A stretch of 63,958 nucleotides of DNA, filler included, from Choristocarpus tenellus KU-1152 (Eukaryota; Protista; Phaeophyceae): assembly GCA_964200185.2 (NCBI GenBank). It is 11 parts of 11 records of this genome, joined end to end, with 100 filler letters (N's around TTAATTAATTAA, not from the genome) between each part and the next. Parts side by side here need not be neighbours in the genome. Positions count along the whole stretch, not along the records: positions 21,454 to 28,949 come from CAXNAD020006070.1; positions 29,050 to 37,557 come from CAXNAD020004634.1; 9 more parts are not named here. One strand, given 5' to 3'. The stretch's first letter is position 1; each line of letters begins with the position of its first letter. The translations under genes and the position numbers were made by a program. Positions 22,158-36,013 of the stretch are shown in pieces. The notes under the pieces are model-generated. The model was not told the DNA's origin. It ran no database searches and saw only the letters and a list, made by a program, of their open reading frames with translations.

Positions 22158-25100
22158 ATGTCGGCCTCATCACTATTCACAGTAGTTGACAAGGTGACCT
22201 ATGACTCGCTATTACCTTTGCATTCTTGGTTTTCTCTCCCTACCATTCGACTCAAAATTCAAGAATCTCCTTGAAGCTGGTTCTATCCAATTCCAAGCAT
22301 CACAGCAGTAATTGTTTTTTACTTGTTCGCTACAATGAGAGGCATTTGGGGACGCCTTGCTACCACATGAAATGCATGCACAACTCAACCTGAACCCACG
22401 CGGTGCCATAACTTGATTGAAGGTAGTTCTTGTTACTGGGGCTTCGTCTGGTCTTGGGCTGCACTTTGCCAGAACACTGGCCAGCCATGGAGCCAAGGTG
22501 AGGGACGAAAATGATGCAAACATGTACTCCCGTAGTTCTATATATGCAGTTAGCCACAACTACTATACAGGTAGTAACGGGGGGGTAATCGCCTGGTGTG
22601 CATACAACTTCGCTTAGGTGGCAGTTGCGGCGAGGCGAATGGAACGCCTGGAAGCCCTGGTGGCGGAGCTGCGGAAGGGAGGGGCAAGCGGTGTGTGCGC
22701 AGTGAAAATGGACGTTTGTGACGAGTCCAGTATTATGCAAGGCATCGCACAGGTACCACTGTTTGCACAGACCGATGTGGTGGTTATAGAATAGAGACTT
22801 GGGCGTACCTTTCCTCTAATGGACATCAGACCAATGCTCCATCTTAGCTTGTGGGTAACTGGACGGAATGGGAGAACGCTTAGAAATCTAAAATATTTGA
22901 GCTTTACGGCTCCTATTTGGCCTTTCCCGTCAGTAAATATCCTGATCTACGTATTCGATGGTGGCAGAGCTTTTTACCCCTTGGTGGTGACAAGGGCAAT
23001 GCAGTTTCCTATAACGTACTGTGTAGTTCACGAGTAAAGACAGTCATTTCATAAATCATTTCCTCTTAACTCAATCCCTTGCTTCTCTTTTAGCATCCGT
23101 TTTACATGTTTTAATGGTAAACTGTAATTCACCTGTTGATCGTGCACTTGCAGTAACCATGGATCACTCAACGTTTGCATGATAGTTCTCCTCGAAACAG
23201 TCACGAGCCGCCTGTACTCATGGCGGTCTTTTTGTGTAGTCCACTGACCATGCGCGCGCGCGCGCGTGTGTGTGTGTATGGGCGCATATGCTCCCACATA
23301 TCTCCTCACCACCACCTTCAGGCGGAGAAGGCACTGGGACCAATCAATGTCCTGGTCAACAACGCTGGAGTATCAGTAGATAAGCCTGCATTAAGGCAGA
23401 CCAAGGAAGACTGGAATAAGGTGCTTATGCATGCATGTTTTGTTATCAATCCTTTTGCTTGGTCATGTGCCTTAGAATCTAGCAAACGATATTCTTGAAG
23501 TGCATATTTTCTGTAATACACCATTGATGCACTATGATACTGTTTGATCTGCCGTCACATTGAATTATCCATGATGTGGATATGGAGATAGATGGAGAGT
23601 GTGTCTGTTTTGGGTGTGTAGCTACTACAAGAAGAACTCTTAGGAAATATTCACTAACAGTGGGAAGATACTGTAGTCTGTAGTGTTTCGAGGGTTAATA
23701 GGAATTGAAGGTCTCGGTTATTCTCATTTGCAGGTTACCCTTCGAGGACCCTGGGAGAATGGTGTTTAAGGAAGAGTGGAGAGGCTGATAGTGAACCTAT
23801 CCTATTTTGTGAGATAGGACCATTTTGTTCCAGATGTCAGTTCAACTTGGGGGAGGGTCCATACTAATTGAAGTACCCCCTTTCATTCATTGTGACACAA
23901 CAGTGGCATGTGCTGTTGTAGTAGAGGCTCTAGTTGGTCCACTCACCTATTACTGACTAGTTAGATCCTATTGCTCCTGTTGAGAATTTATGACTCTGGA
24001 AAGGAAACCAATACATTAAGGTCGCACTCATAAGGGGATCCATCCCCCTCTCCTCCCACCCATATCAGTAAGGATCACTTTTGAGTTTTGCCAAACTATC
24101 TCCCATGCCACCTGATCGCCATTTGTACTACTGCAAGCCTCATCTTGCCCCCGCACCTGGGTTTGTATTTTTGTCTGCCCTTTGCCTAGTGATTATCCTG
24201 TGCTACAATCCAATCACATTTTTGGAATAGCTTACCATACCATGTGCATGCTGTGATATGAACCCTGCCTGCCTATACGCTTTGGGTGTTCCATAAAGGT
24301 GATGAGCACAAATCTAGTGGGTCCATTTCTGGTTGCAAGGACTGTGGCTAAGAGCATGGTCCATGCAAAGGTTGGGGGAAGCATAATCAATATAGCTAGC
24401 GTTGCTGGGCTCTCCGCTTCCCCAGGTGAGATCCATGAGCAACATGTCTGTCCACTAGCATGTTACCACATGTGGAGACCTTTAATTTGAAGTAAAAGGG
24501 TGGAAATGCTTGTTCCGAGATATAGGGTCTTACGTTGTTTTTGACTTTGGATAATGGCGTATTGTAGTTGGGATCTGAGAGACTAACCAATGTGCTTGTG
24601 GACATCATGCAAAGGAGGTCTATGGTAAAGTCTACAAAATAGATCACTCGTTTGACACTTTGGAGGGATGTTGGAGTTAACTGGACAATGTGCTTGCATT
24701 CATTTTCTCATGACAGAATCCTCTCCACATGGGCCTTCTATTGACCTAAATATTTCATTCTGCCAACATCAATTCCAAACCTAGTCAACTCCAAGCCACA
24801 TTGACTCCAAGCCGCTGCACTCTCTACTACTCCATGTCCCATGTTGCCGCTTATCCAACTGCCTTTCCTGCACTGAGTCTCTTTCCCAATCTACTTGTGC
24901 ACAAAAAGTCTTTCATAACATGCAAGTGAGCCCAAAATGCAAGGATGCGACCCCTCCCCCTTGATGAACAGCCCTTTCTGGATACTGTGCATCTAAGGCA
25001 GGCCTTGTGCACTTGACAAGGGTGTTGGCCTTGGAGTGGGCACGCCATGGTATCCGTGTCAACGCCTTGTGCCCAGGATACTTCCGAACAGAAATGAACA

Positions 25101-25959
25101 AGGAGTTCCTGGACTCCGATCAGGCGAGTGTGTTGAGAAATTGAACAGTGAATGGCAGGGAGTAAGACATCATTTGAAGATACATTTGACAAAAGTGTAG
25201 GCTCTTGGATGCCCCAGCTGTCACCACTCAGAGGAATTGGGGTTCTCCTGAGTTGCTTGTCTAGGCGATTTGCTTGTGTTGCCTTGGTCTATGCTTTTGA
25301 TTGCAGATGTTCTATTGTGTCGTCTGCGATACTTGACCTTGATACATTACCTACTTGACCTGCCGAGACATATGTCCTGGAACTTAAACTTGATTTATTC
25401 CATAATAACGAGCGATGGCTATGATGTTAATATAGTAAAGAGTACCCCGAAGTACAGTTGGGTTAAGTATAAATAAGTATAACTTTTGCAACTCTCACCA
25501 CTTGTGTTAGGCAAACTGTTTTTGCCTTACCTATCTATCCTTCTACACGAACTGGGCAAAGTTAGAGGAGGAAGTATGGAAACAAAATGTTTTTTGAAAT
25601 CACGAATTGTGAACAGTGGAATTCAAGAGTGGGGTGGAGGGTGTGGCAAATATGCAAGTCCAACCTGCACTGTGTAGTGATAGATGTCAATCCACTTTTT
25701 TCTACCTCCCCTGTCCCTCTGTTACATCCCCAACAATCCCCTGCCTGTCCTTCGTTGATCCTGCCTCAAGCTTTCCTCCTTTATTTTGCCTTCTGCCTAC
25801 CAGGCCGGTAAGGTCATCAAGGCAGTTCCAATGCGTCGCTTAGGAGACCTGAAAGATTTGGATGGACTTCTTATGCTCCTCGCCTCAGACAGGGCATCCG
25901 CATACATCACAGGCTCAATTCTGAATGTAGACGGAGGTTTGCTGGCTAGTAGCTTGTGA
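22158..25959 (+). CDS. Classical short-chain dehydrogenase/reductase (SDR), 259 aa, 7 exons (22158-22193, 22423-22497, 22618-22752, 23322-23420, 24299-24425, 24972-25123, 25804-25959)
   Basis: TGASSGLG cofactor motif, AARR (NADP-type), NNAG, INIAS, catalytic [27 protein letters not shown]; phases consistent; ends SSL*. Confidence 0.95.
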
Positions 25960-28581
25960 AAGATTGAGATTAAAAAGCAGCATATTGTAGAGCAGGGACC
26001 TCAGACCTGCCATTCATAGCCCCCCTTCCAGATATCGAGGAGGAAGGAGGGCTGGAAGAACAGTGGTCTGCTCTTGCTTTTCTTGTTGTCTTTTGAGAGT
26101 GGTAGTTTGTAGATACCTGGATGGCTGGTGTGCTTGGACTATTGGTCTGATAGGGATGACTTTTTTATTCAGACTGTTCTCGCCAAAGAGTGGTCCCAAT
26201 GCAGGCAGTTTTGTGTGCCCCTACCCAGTTCAGTGGGAGTACAAAAACTGATGAGAGTATAGACATATCATGGCGACTCAAACGTGCTCAAACTCGTCCT
26301 CTACATTTTGGCATGCTCCACACGTAGCCATCTCTTACTCTTCTTTGTGACCCCATGATTTACTTGCCTTCATAATTGAGAATTGGCATTAGGCAGTAGT
26401 TTGCAACCTTTTCCCACTCAAAAAAAGACTTCCTGCAATTGTCACAGATTGTACATTACACAGTAATGACTGAAGGAATCATGACACGATGTTCTACTGC
26501 TTTTTTTGTAGTGACAGTATGACATTGTGTTGGATGTACTTGGAGTATCACCTAGAGTATTTTGCCTCCCTGAAGCACTGGTAGGCAATCTTGCGTAGCA
26601 AACTGAATGCTGATTGGTCAAAGCTTTGATCCAGATTCAGCTGATATTATGTATATTAACCCAAGCTTGTGTATTTGACTGCCTTATCATCCTCACACGC
26701 TGTCTTCTAATTATTTCATAATGTGTTGTTCTATTGTAACAAAGATGATACTGTAATAATGCCAGCATCAATTTGAGGGATGCAAGGAATCCTTTCTGTA
26801 TGTATGTTTCTTGAAGGTTGTCATTAGAAGAATTGTTTGCCATGGAAGAGGATATTAGACCTCTTCTGGGCTTGGAGTATCCCGAAAATGACTGGCCTCC
26901 ACCCTTTTTATTTTCAGGACTATCTACAGAGTGAGAAATAACAAAGGGAGCTGGTTAGTTACAAAACAGCTATATCCCGATAGTGCAAAGGGAGTTAGAA
27001 CACATAAGAGAAACCCCTACTTATCAATCTGTCGTTTTTCCAGGGGCATACACAAATTAGCATAAGGTGGACACAACTCTGTGTTCAAGTCCGTCCCCCT
27101 GTACAGTTCTTCCCTTAAGGTGTTGGCTGCAGGTTTCTCTTTGTACAGGTATCTGTATGTATATAACTATGTGCAATGCTCTGCTCCTCTCAATATATTG
27201 GGGTTGACTCTGAGGCCTTCGTGCCTCAAATTTGATTTGACATGAATTGACTGCTGGTATATCATGTATTACTTGAAGTATTAAACAGTATGCAGGTAGG
27301 TTGTCTCTGGTACTAGTGTTCGAATTTCACAATGATCCCATTCAGGCACCTTTGGAACGCCATGCAATACTTTTTGTTTCGAGTTTTTCCGCAATACAGA
27401 GCCAATTCCAAATTTCTACTCGCCAGTTTACCGAGCAGAGCGCATCTTCCGAACACAGAACAATCTAGGGATTCAGATAAAGCAAGATTATATGATGCAC
27501 TTAAGCAAATTAAAAAGAGCCCACTTACTACGCAGCGCACCTATTCTGAGCTCTGATCAAATTGACAGGATTCTAGAAGCTCACTTTAGTTGTGCAATCC
27601 AACTTGGAATTAATGCCATAAATATTTGTTTGACTGAAAGTATGCTGACCCCAATATTGGAAGATTTCAAAGTAAATGTAGTATGTTTCATTTTTTTTTA
27701 AGAGGTTGCTAAACACTCAACATTATTCTTCATATTTTATAAAAGAGTGTTATTAATAGGCTTTTACTTGACCACCACTGCCTGCTGATCTTGCATATAT
27801 CGCAACCATTTCAGTTGCTACAGATCATGCAGCTCTGAGACACTTAAGTGTTGGCCTATTTCATTACAGCAATAATACTCATATTTTCAGTACACAAGTA
27901 CGGCAATTTCATGGTGTTGTTCCAGATTCGGGATCGCTTACTAGATTGTTCTGGAGAAAAAAAAGAACCAAAAATCAAGTCCGTTGAACCAACTCACCTC
28001 AGACTTTCGTGCATTTAGTGATGTAGTGTGAGTGTCCATGTCCTTTTTTGTGTGTAATTTTGTACTAAGTACGAGTTGAGTGTAGTTATTGGTAGGAGTA
28101 TTATAAGAAAGATAAATGAGGCATCCAAAAGATTCTGAGGCAAGAACAACAACAGTAAAGACACAACAACAACAACAACAACACTAGCACAACTTTTTTC
28201 ACTGGTTTGTGGTGTTTTCTTATTTCATGACCCCATTATTAGAGATGAAAGGTTGTCCATATGGGCCAACCATCTCTAGTTTTATTTTCATTTAATACAG
28301 TATCACATCATGAGTGGGAGCGAGCCCATGTTGATCCCCTATCTCCTACAAGGTAAAAGCAAATTAACAAGAACGTTAGGAATTCTCAAGGAGCGCATCC
28401 ATGTTTGAGCACTGTGTCCATGCACCTTTCACGATATGAGTAGAGCAAGCAGGAAATGAGAAGTCGCCGACTAAGCCAATGAAAAAAATAAATAACCTGC
28501 AACACAAGGACAGACGTAATTGATGACAAGAATACCAGTACTCATGTGGACAAAATCAAATCTCTAATGTGATCTTGCTGA

Positions 28582-28915
28582 GGCTCAAAGTATCTGACCC
28601 AAAGTATCTTGGGGGGTCTACACCAGGGTGCCCTTTTGGGTCATAACCAGGAAAAGTGCACTTACACTATCGATCAGACGCATGGAACCAAATCACCCAA
28701 AAATCACAACATAAGAAAATTGACCCCAAATGGACAGTCGCCACACCCCAGATACTTTGAGCCATCTGGGAAGGGGTGGCGCCTGTCCATTTGGGGGCCA
28801 TTTTTATATGTCGGAATATTTGGGTGATTTGGTTTCATGTGTCGAATGGAAAATATAAGCGCACTTTTCCTGGTCAGGGCCCAAATGGACACCCTGGTGT
28901 AGAAGACCGTCCCAC
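28582..28915. mobile_element. Two adjacent family B MITE copies in opposite orientation
   Basis: GGCTCAAAGTATCTG ... CAGATACTTTGAGCC, followed by an inverted partial body (ATCTGGGAAGGGG...CCTGGTGTAGA). Confidence 0.75.
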
Positions 28916-30277
28916 CCCATGTCAAAAGCATAAAAAAAGGCTAATGTATNNNNNNNNNNNNNNNNNNNNNNNNNNNNNNNNNNNNNNNNNNNNTTAATTA
29001 ATTAANNNNNNNNNNNNNNNNNNNNNNNNNNNNNNNNNNNNNNNNNNNNCGTTGACCCCCACATCCACGCAGAAATTGCGATTGATTGTGAAGGAGCTGC
29101 CATACTCCATGGTGCAGGGGACACCCATTTGGCCTGTAGATGCTACCCAGTTGGTGACCGTTGGTCTGTGCTGCAGTACTTGGATTACCACATCTGGGAT
29201 ACATGCAAACAGTACAGTGTCCTCACTTTGCCTCCTGCATCTCTCCGATAGGATGCTATTGGACCAGGTGTTGTGTTACAGCACACTCCATAGCTTACCT
29301 CCACGGGATGTATACCTCCAGTCCACAAGCCAACAGATGGTGCTATTACACTTACAGGACTCCTGATACACAAGTCGTCAAGTATGCTGGCTCTCTCACT
29401 TAGATTCTTCTGTTCTTAAGTATCAATTATCATTTTATAGAAAATAACTGGTCAACGATGTTTTATCCCTATCGAGCACCATAATGACCAAATAATAAAT
29501 TAATAGTCAAGTACAAATATATTAAATCGGAAGGTCATAATGGCGTTTATGAAACCGTCATCAAGACACATCGCCCGTCACACTTGGCCTGTGGTCCACA
29601 TTGACTCCTGTACAGGGTTAGACCATCGATGTATATGACTCCCGTTCAGGTTAGGAGTCTTTGCTTCCAGGAAGCAAAAAGCTTCAAAGCGAATTGTGTT
29701 GGAGTAGGCAGGTGAAATCGTGGTCATCCACCTGGTCATCCCCCTCCTATATTCTGAATACACGTCTTACATAAGTAGCAACGTAGTTATCTTTCAACAC
29801 CTTCGCACAATACTCTTTGACCAAGGCGAGTTATAGGAATTTGAGGAAAATGTTCTAATGATTGGTTGGTAGACGGTGCAGTGTATCTGAAATAATAATC
29901 CAACGAAGTCAAGTTTTTTTGTAAGTTGCTCTCTAGTAAGAGATTAACTTTAGAAATAATATATTGCTCACCTGCGACTGAATACCACAGGTATAAAGTC
30001 CGTCGTACTTGCCATGTTGATCACATATTTTTTTTTATCGGTGAAATTCTCATCAGAAACATCTTCCATTACCCATTGAGCTAGCAGAAAAAGATGATCA
30101 CTCATCTACTACCACAAAATATAATGAGAGACCTAGATCATGAAGAGTCAACAACAAAAATTGAGAAAAAAGATACAGTACCACATAGAAATTATGGCAG
30201 CAGCAGTTGGATCTTTAGAGGGGGCCTAGCACTTTTGTTGCATATCAATCGAGCAGTGCTTTCTTCATATTATACTT

Positions 30278-30533
30278 GAGCCAAAGTAAACGAGAGGTAC
30301 TCAGGGTTGCATTTTAAGGACACTGACAAATAATGTGCAAGATTCGATTTCTCGTACAAACACATGTGAGGACTTTTCTGGATTCTGTAGAACAATTTCG
30401 AACAATAGAGAAATCAACACTATCAAGTAAAATTTTAGCGCTTCATCCCAACAAATGTGGGTGAATTGCAAAGATGTAAGTGACCTAAAGTGCAAAACGG
30501 TCAAGGTCTGGGTACCTCTCGTTACTTTGGCTC
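30278..30533 (+). mobile_element. MITE family C
   Basis: TIRs GAGCCAAAGTAAACGAGAGGTAC ... GTACCTCTCGTTACTTTGGCTC. Confidence 0.85.
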
Positions 30534-31363
30534 TACTATCTCGTCCTGTGTAGACTACGTATATTGCTTTGTTTACACTTTGATATTGAAATATTCGTGT
30601 TGTCAACAATTCCACCACCGATATCAAAAATGACATGACTTGGCACTTCTTCCTTACCAAGGGTAGTAGTAATAATATTATTTCTACATTCTGTGTTGAG
30701 AAATAAAATGGACATGCTTTACATGATGGCTTCGTGTACTATGCTACTTCCCCACTTACACTACTTACCCCCTATGTCAAGTATTGGATAATACTGTGCA
30801 ATTTACCTTGGGAGGTAATGCTATTTATCAGTAGTGAAGACAAGAAGGTGTGAAGCCTCACACGGTTCCCCATTGCTGAACGTGATTACATAGCTGAAAT
30901 TAGAAGAGTGACCTTTGTGGAGTGTCTTCTCATTGCTTGTTTTATTATTATTTGTGCTTCCTACCTAAGCCAACGGTTATGTCAAAGTAGTTGAATGCAG
31001 AATAATAACCAATACATAATCCCACTCATAATCTGGATGTGTCAGGGACAGGTTCCTTCTTTGGGATCTCCGACACACACACTTGTGCATAAGACGCGCG
31101 GTCATATACAATTGCACGCACCAACCACGTAATTTGAGCTCCCTCATACTGACCAGTCCAATGAACCAACCACACCCAAAAGATCCGGATTTAACCAAAC
31201 AGCCAAAATGGACTGTCAGAACGAACCATTCCGATTCTGACTGGTCCATTTCTTTGCTGTGACGTTGCTCAGTCATTCGGGAAAATCTGTTGTGTTTTGA
31301 GGGTTTTTTTCTGTTCTGGATTCCCTCATCTGTTCTGAGATGTTGAGCCAAGACCTTTGAAAC

Positions 31364-32104
31364 TTGGTCTCACCCTCTCAGGTGGAAGAGTTCACTCCGG
31401 TGATTGTGATTGCCCCCTTGAGCAGAGAACTTGGCACCTTTGACACGATTTCAAATGTCACTGCGGCACTGTCTTCGCCTTTCTCTTCTTGGTCTTCTCC
31501 TAACACGCTGCACTGGTTCAGGCCTGGATTACGGGCAGGGCCTTCCCCCAGCCTCTGCGCTGCCATCCCTTCCACTTCTAGCGAGCCACCAGGGATGCCT
31601 CAGTCTACAGACGTAGACACAGGACTCGGCTGAGGTTGGGCGTTTATGGTACCCCCCTCATTACCTCCTTCGGTTGGCGTTGTATAGGTCGTCTTCTTCC
31701 CTTTTCGTGTCGCTGACTTCTCTTGGTACTACTGCTGGTATGATGAGCTGTTGCAGTGGGTGTGGGAGTAGTAGTATCAGACATGATGTAACGTGAGTTA
31801 GCCCCCTTGAAGTCCTACCGCCAACTCGTCTATTCCAAGAAGATTGCCGATGAAGCAACGGAGGGGACTCCGCACGATCAAGGTTTGGTAAGTGCGGCTA
31901 TGCAAACCTGAATATTAAGATGAGTAATTCGTTTCTAGATTCAACCAACCCGCCTGCTTCAGATTACTCTCGCGGAAACCCCCTAGTTGTGAAATACCCC
32001 TCGCATAAGGATTTACCCCCAATGCGTTTTTGGGACGTTCAAGAGCAAGATTTCCCCCTTGGGCAGAGAACTTGACACCTTTGACACTTCCACAGTGGTA
32101 CTCA
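31364..32104. mobile_element. Unclassified ORF-bearing repeat (family D), rearranged copy
   Basis: Homologous to 62160-63050 and 63080-63958; internal segment ~31448-31810 inverted; head motif repeated at 32056-32104. Confidence 0.8.
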
Positions 32105-34407
32105 TTCCGACAACACTCCCCAATAGATGACTTGATGTACCAAAGCTGTGGTGATACTGAGCTTCACCCACTCAGACTGCAGGAGACACGTAGGAGACAG
32201 GCTGGTCCACGCCATTTTTCTCACTGCACTTTACCCCCGTTAACACATATTTCACTTGGACTGTGGTGATATTTAGAGCTGATCTATTAGACGACTTTAG
32301 AATCGTGGAGTGTAGAAAGATTGCTCTTATCCGGAGATATTAACAAAGAGTGATTCCACCCGTCCGTGAGAAGCATGCATATATTTTTCTGTTCAAAATA
32401 TTATTTACCACGGGTATAATATTTTTCTTCTTTTAACAAATGCGCATATAAGAAACATTTGAAGTCCATCTTTTTCTGGTTGTCCAAGCACCTTGGAGGC
32501 AAGTTGTTGAACAAGGCGTGGTATGCACACTCCCCCATGAGAATGCAGGCAATGGAGGGTTGCTGGAACTCTCAAACCTATAACATCTTATTCTGCACAA
32601 ATACTTTCTCCATCGTTGAACATTGTGCAACAGGTTTTGCAACCGTAGACGGACTAGTACTGAAACAAGATAATTCTAAGAACCCCCAAAATAGTAATAA
32701 TTGTTTTAATCTGTTTCAAGGGTCACTCTTCATGGCATGCTTTACTCGTGCTTGACCTAATATTACAATGTGCCCCTCAGAACTCACCTCCACAGGATGT
32801 ACAACTCAAATCCAACGACCTTAAAATGATGCTATGGGGACGTTGCCCTTGATAACAGTTTGTAGGGTGTCAGGTTTCTTTCTCTTCTTGATACTCCACT
32901 CAGCGCTTAGCTCAAAGCTCGACTCGAAGTTTCATTCAAGATAAAAAGATACGACTGGAGACAAAAGGGGTGATGGTGTGACCCTAAGCCCTCTTATTGT
33001 TTTCATCATCCGCCCTATTTCTTTGGTCTTCTATGCAACTGCTCTACACGTACTCCAATCATAAACCTTTGTTCTACAACTTTTTAGGGATATTGACAAA
33101 TGTTACGTATGCATTCCCAATCTTACTCTGTATCTTCTATGAAGTCATAATTTATTCTGTAAGGCTACCTATGTGTTACTAATATCGTATATTGTTCGCA
33201 CTTGTTAGAACGCGAGAAACGATACTTGCACTATACATCTATCACAATTGTTCGTGTTTGCTAAAACATGGGAAGAAAAGCTCGCGCTATTCACCTGTAA
33301 CACTAACACTATCACTACCAGTGCTGACTCTATGAAATATATAACTACAATATGTCCTACTGGTGTTGCTCTAATACTTTAATGTACATATTTCGACGCA
33401 GTTGTCGTTAACGAAATTACCAGTAGTACCAGTACGAATAAAACTCCAACCATGTACTACTGCTATTGTCACAGGCGATGGGCGTTAATAGCGGTTCATA
33501 AACGCCATCATGACCTTGAAGTCCTCCACTTGATAGATTCTTGACTATTTGTTACTTAGTCAATGTGAACCGCGTATAGGTTGTGTATATATTCAAATCC
33601 TTTGTGTATATACTCCAAATAAAGCAGTAAGGTGAATAATCAAAGTGAGATATCCAAAATATTTGATGGTATTTCTATTGAGCCGTCCTCTATGAGCCTT
33701 GTCTTCATGCTACAGGCTTGTGGATTAGAGATGCATATCCCATAGTGGTAAGCTTGCGGAGCGTTTTGTGACACTATTACTACTGCCACTCTCTCAGCTA
33801 TATCTTTCTCTCTCCCTTCGATGCTACTGTGTATGCATACCTACGTTCATACGTACATACATACATACATGCCGCATGTCATACGTTGTTAAGTCTGATC
33901 ACTGACTCTTCACAAAGACGTATGATCTTTCTCATCCGCATAATAGGCACTAAATCTAAAATGTGCATTTATTTGAACCCATCCTGCTCTGGTTCTATTT
34001 TTATATGCTGTTTTGTTTCAACAATTTAACACCCTACTACTTTTCCCACCGGATTGTCCTTGTCCATTACCACTACCCTTATTACTACTACATAACCTAC
34101 AATCTCGTCCATAGATAGATATTGAGGTTCAAAATCCCTCCTCTGTGGTTCAAATTTGTTCCCTTCTTCGAAAACTGGGCCATAAATCACTAACAAAAAA
34201 ACTATTAGGACAAAAATTAACTTCTCCAACATACATTCAGAGCAGATATGAACTGATTAATATTATTCTCTCCTTAATTCGTACATGACACCCCTTCTTC
34301 AAAATTGGCACGCACAGTCAGAGACAGGAAAGGGTGATGCCATCTAGTTTACTATAGCTGATCTAGTCCGTAGACTACGGCTTCGAGGTACAATTGAGTT
34401 CAACCTT

Positions 34408-34665
34408 GAGCGAAAGTATCTTAGAGGGTACGAGTTTTGCCCTGTTTATCCATTTCGGGCTTGGCTTCTCATGTATATTTTTATTATATTTTTCTACTCC
34501 AAAATGTTTCGGAGTAGGTAAATGTGTAAGTTACGAAAAGGTGTGTCCGTAACAAGGATATTGACACTTCCTAACAAACACGATAGCCAAAATTACATCA
34601 AAATCGCAAAATTGGAATTTGATCTCCAAATGGACACGGCTCTACCCTCTAAGATACTTTGGCTC
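34408..34665 (+). mobile_element. MITE family A, TSD CCTT
   Basis: CCTT-GAGCGAAAGTATCTTAGAGGGTA ... TACCCTCTAAGATACTTTGGCTC-CCTT. Confidence 0.92.
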
Positions 34666-35753
34666 CCTTGGCATCACCTTCTCCAGGGAACAGACGACAT
34701 CTACCAAATTCGACCACGAGAAAATACACGGCTTGGGAGCAGAGGAGAAAAACGATCGCAATGTGTACATGGGTGATAACAGCGATAATGGCGGTGATGA
34801 CGATGCTGGTGGGGATGGTGGGACAGTGGGGAAGATACAGGTCCTGGTGGTGAGGAGGAGACACATGGTCACGAGGGACAGAGAAAGAGACAGAAAGGGC
34901 TCCCATCGATTGCCAGAGTAATATGTGTGTGTGCTCCTCCTTGGAGACAGCTGCTATACTTCATGGTTGATCGCACACTTGAAGTCGCCCCACCACTGGC
35001 CATTATTGACGCATGAGGAGCAGGAGTTAGAAATGGCTTTGGTTAAGCCCTAACGACCAGCATGTGTGCTCCAAACCCATGCACTAGGCCTTCGAACAGG
35101 AATCAAATGGGCCCTTTACTCCAGGCCACGTGACGCTCACACCCCAGCAGAGTACAGAAATGGAAGGGGAGAGAAATGCCAATGTGGATCGAAAAAGAAG
35201 GCACCACAACAACAATGTAGGATCTACCTTGACACGACCTGGGTGCGGAGCAAAGGGGTAGCAACTTGCGATAAACTCCGCAATAGGCTTAATACAACAG
35301 ATATTATGCATGCTCTTAAAAAGGCACGGGGAGGTCGAGGAGAGGGAAGAGCATGCAGTGTAACCTCAAGTAGCCTCTCCTGTATCTTGTACTTTGAAGT
35401 AGTATTAAAGCCGCCACTAGTAGTACTAGCACTGCTGCTGCTACTACGAAGACTGCAATTTGTGGGTAAATGTAAACTGAATGATGTGCTTGTGGTGGCA
35501 CCCTGCACAATTATATCTATCTCCACGCATTTTTCTTCGTGTATTCATTCACATGTCCTTTGTTTGTTGTGTATACCTACCCCATATGTTGTCCTCTCCC
35601 AGTGCTTATTGATGCAGGGGGATAGGTTCATTCATTCCTCCCCTTGTATCGTTTTTGTTCCGCCAATATCACTACTACCACTACCACTTCCACACATACT
35701 CACTCATTGCTAATCTTGTTCTCCTTCTTGTTGAGCCTAGATAACTGCTATTG

Positions 35754-36013
35754 GAGTGATAGTATCTTAGAGGGTACGAATTTTTCCCTTTTTGTCCGTT
35801 TGGGGCTTGTCTTCCCACGTTTTTTTAAAATGATATGTTCCTACTCCGAAATGTTTCAGAATAGGTAACATGTATACGTTATGAAAAGGTGTGTTCGGAA
35901 CAAGTATATTGACAATTCCTAACAAACACGATAGCCAAAATTACATCAAAATCGCAAAATTGGAACTTGGCCCCCAAACGGACGCAGCCCTACCCTCTAA
36001 GATACTTTGACTC
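35754..36013 (+). mobile_element. MITE family A, TSD ATTG
   Basis: ATTG-GAGTGATAGTATCTTAGAGGGTA ... TACCCTCTAAGATACTTTGACTC-ATTG. Confidence 0.92.

Noticed and set aside
26240-26310. Hammerhead-ribozyme-like CTGATGAGAGT...ACTCAAAC...GTC downstream of the SDR
   Set aside because: It lacks the invariant GAAA, stem III is mismatched and no stem I pairing is evident.
34120-34160. GGTTCAAA T-loop-like motifs suggesting a tRNA or SINE
   Set aside because: No cloverleaf or A-box could be built.
35066-35713. Longest ORF in the track (215 aa)
   Set aside because: No ATG start or recognisable domain; the second half is low-complexity (CTA/GTA repeats); likely chance or TE debris.
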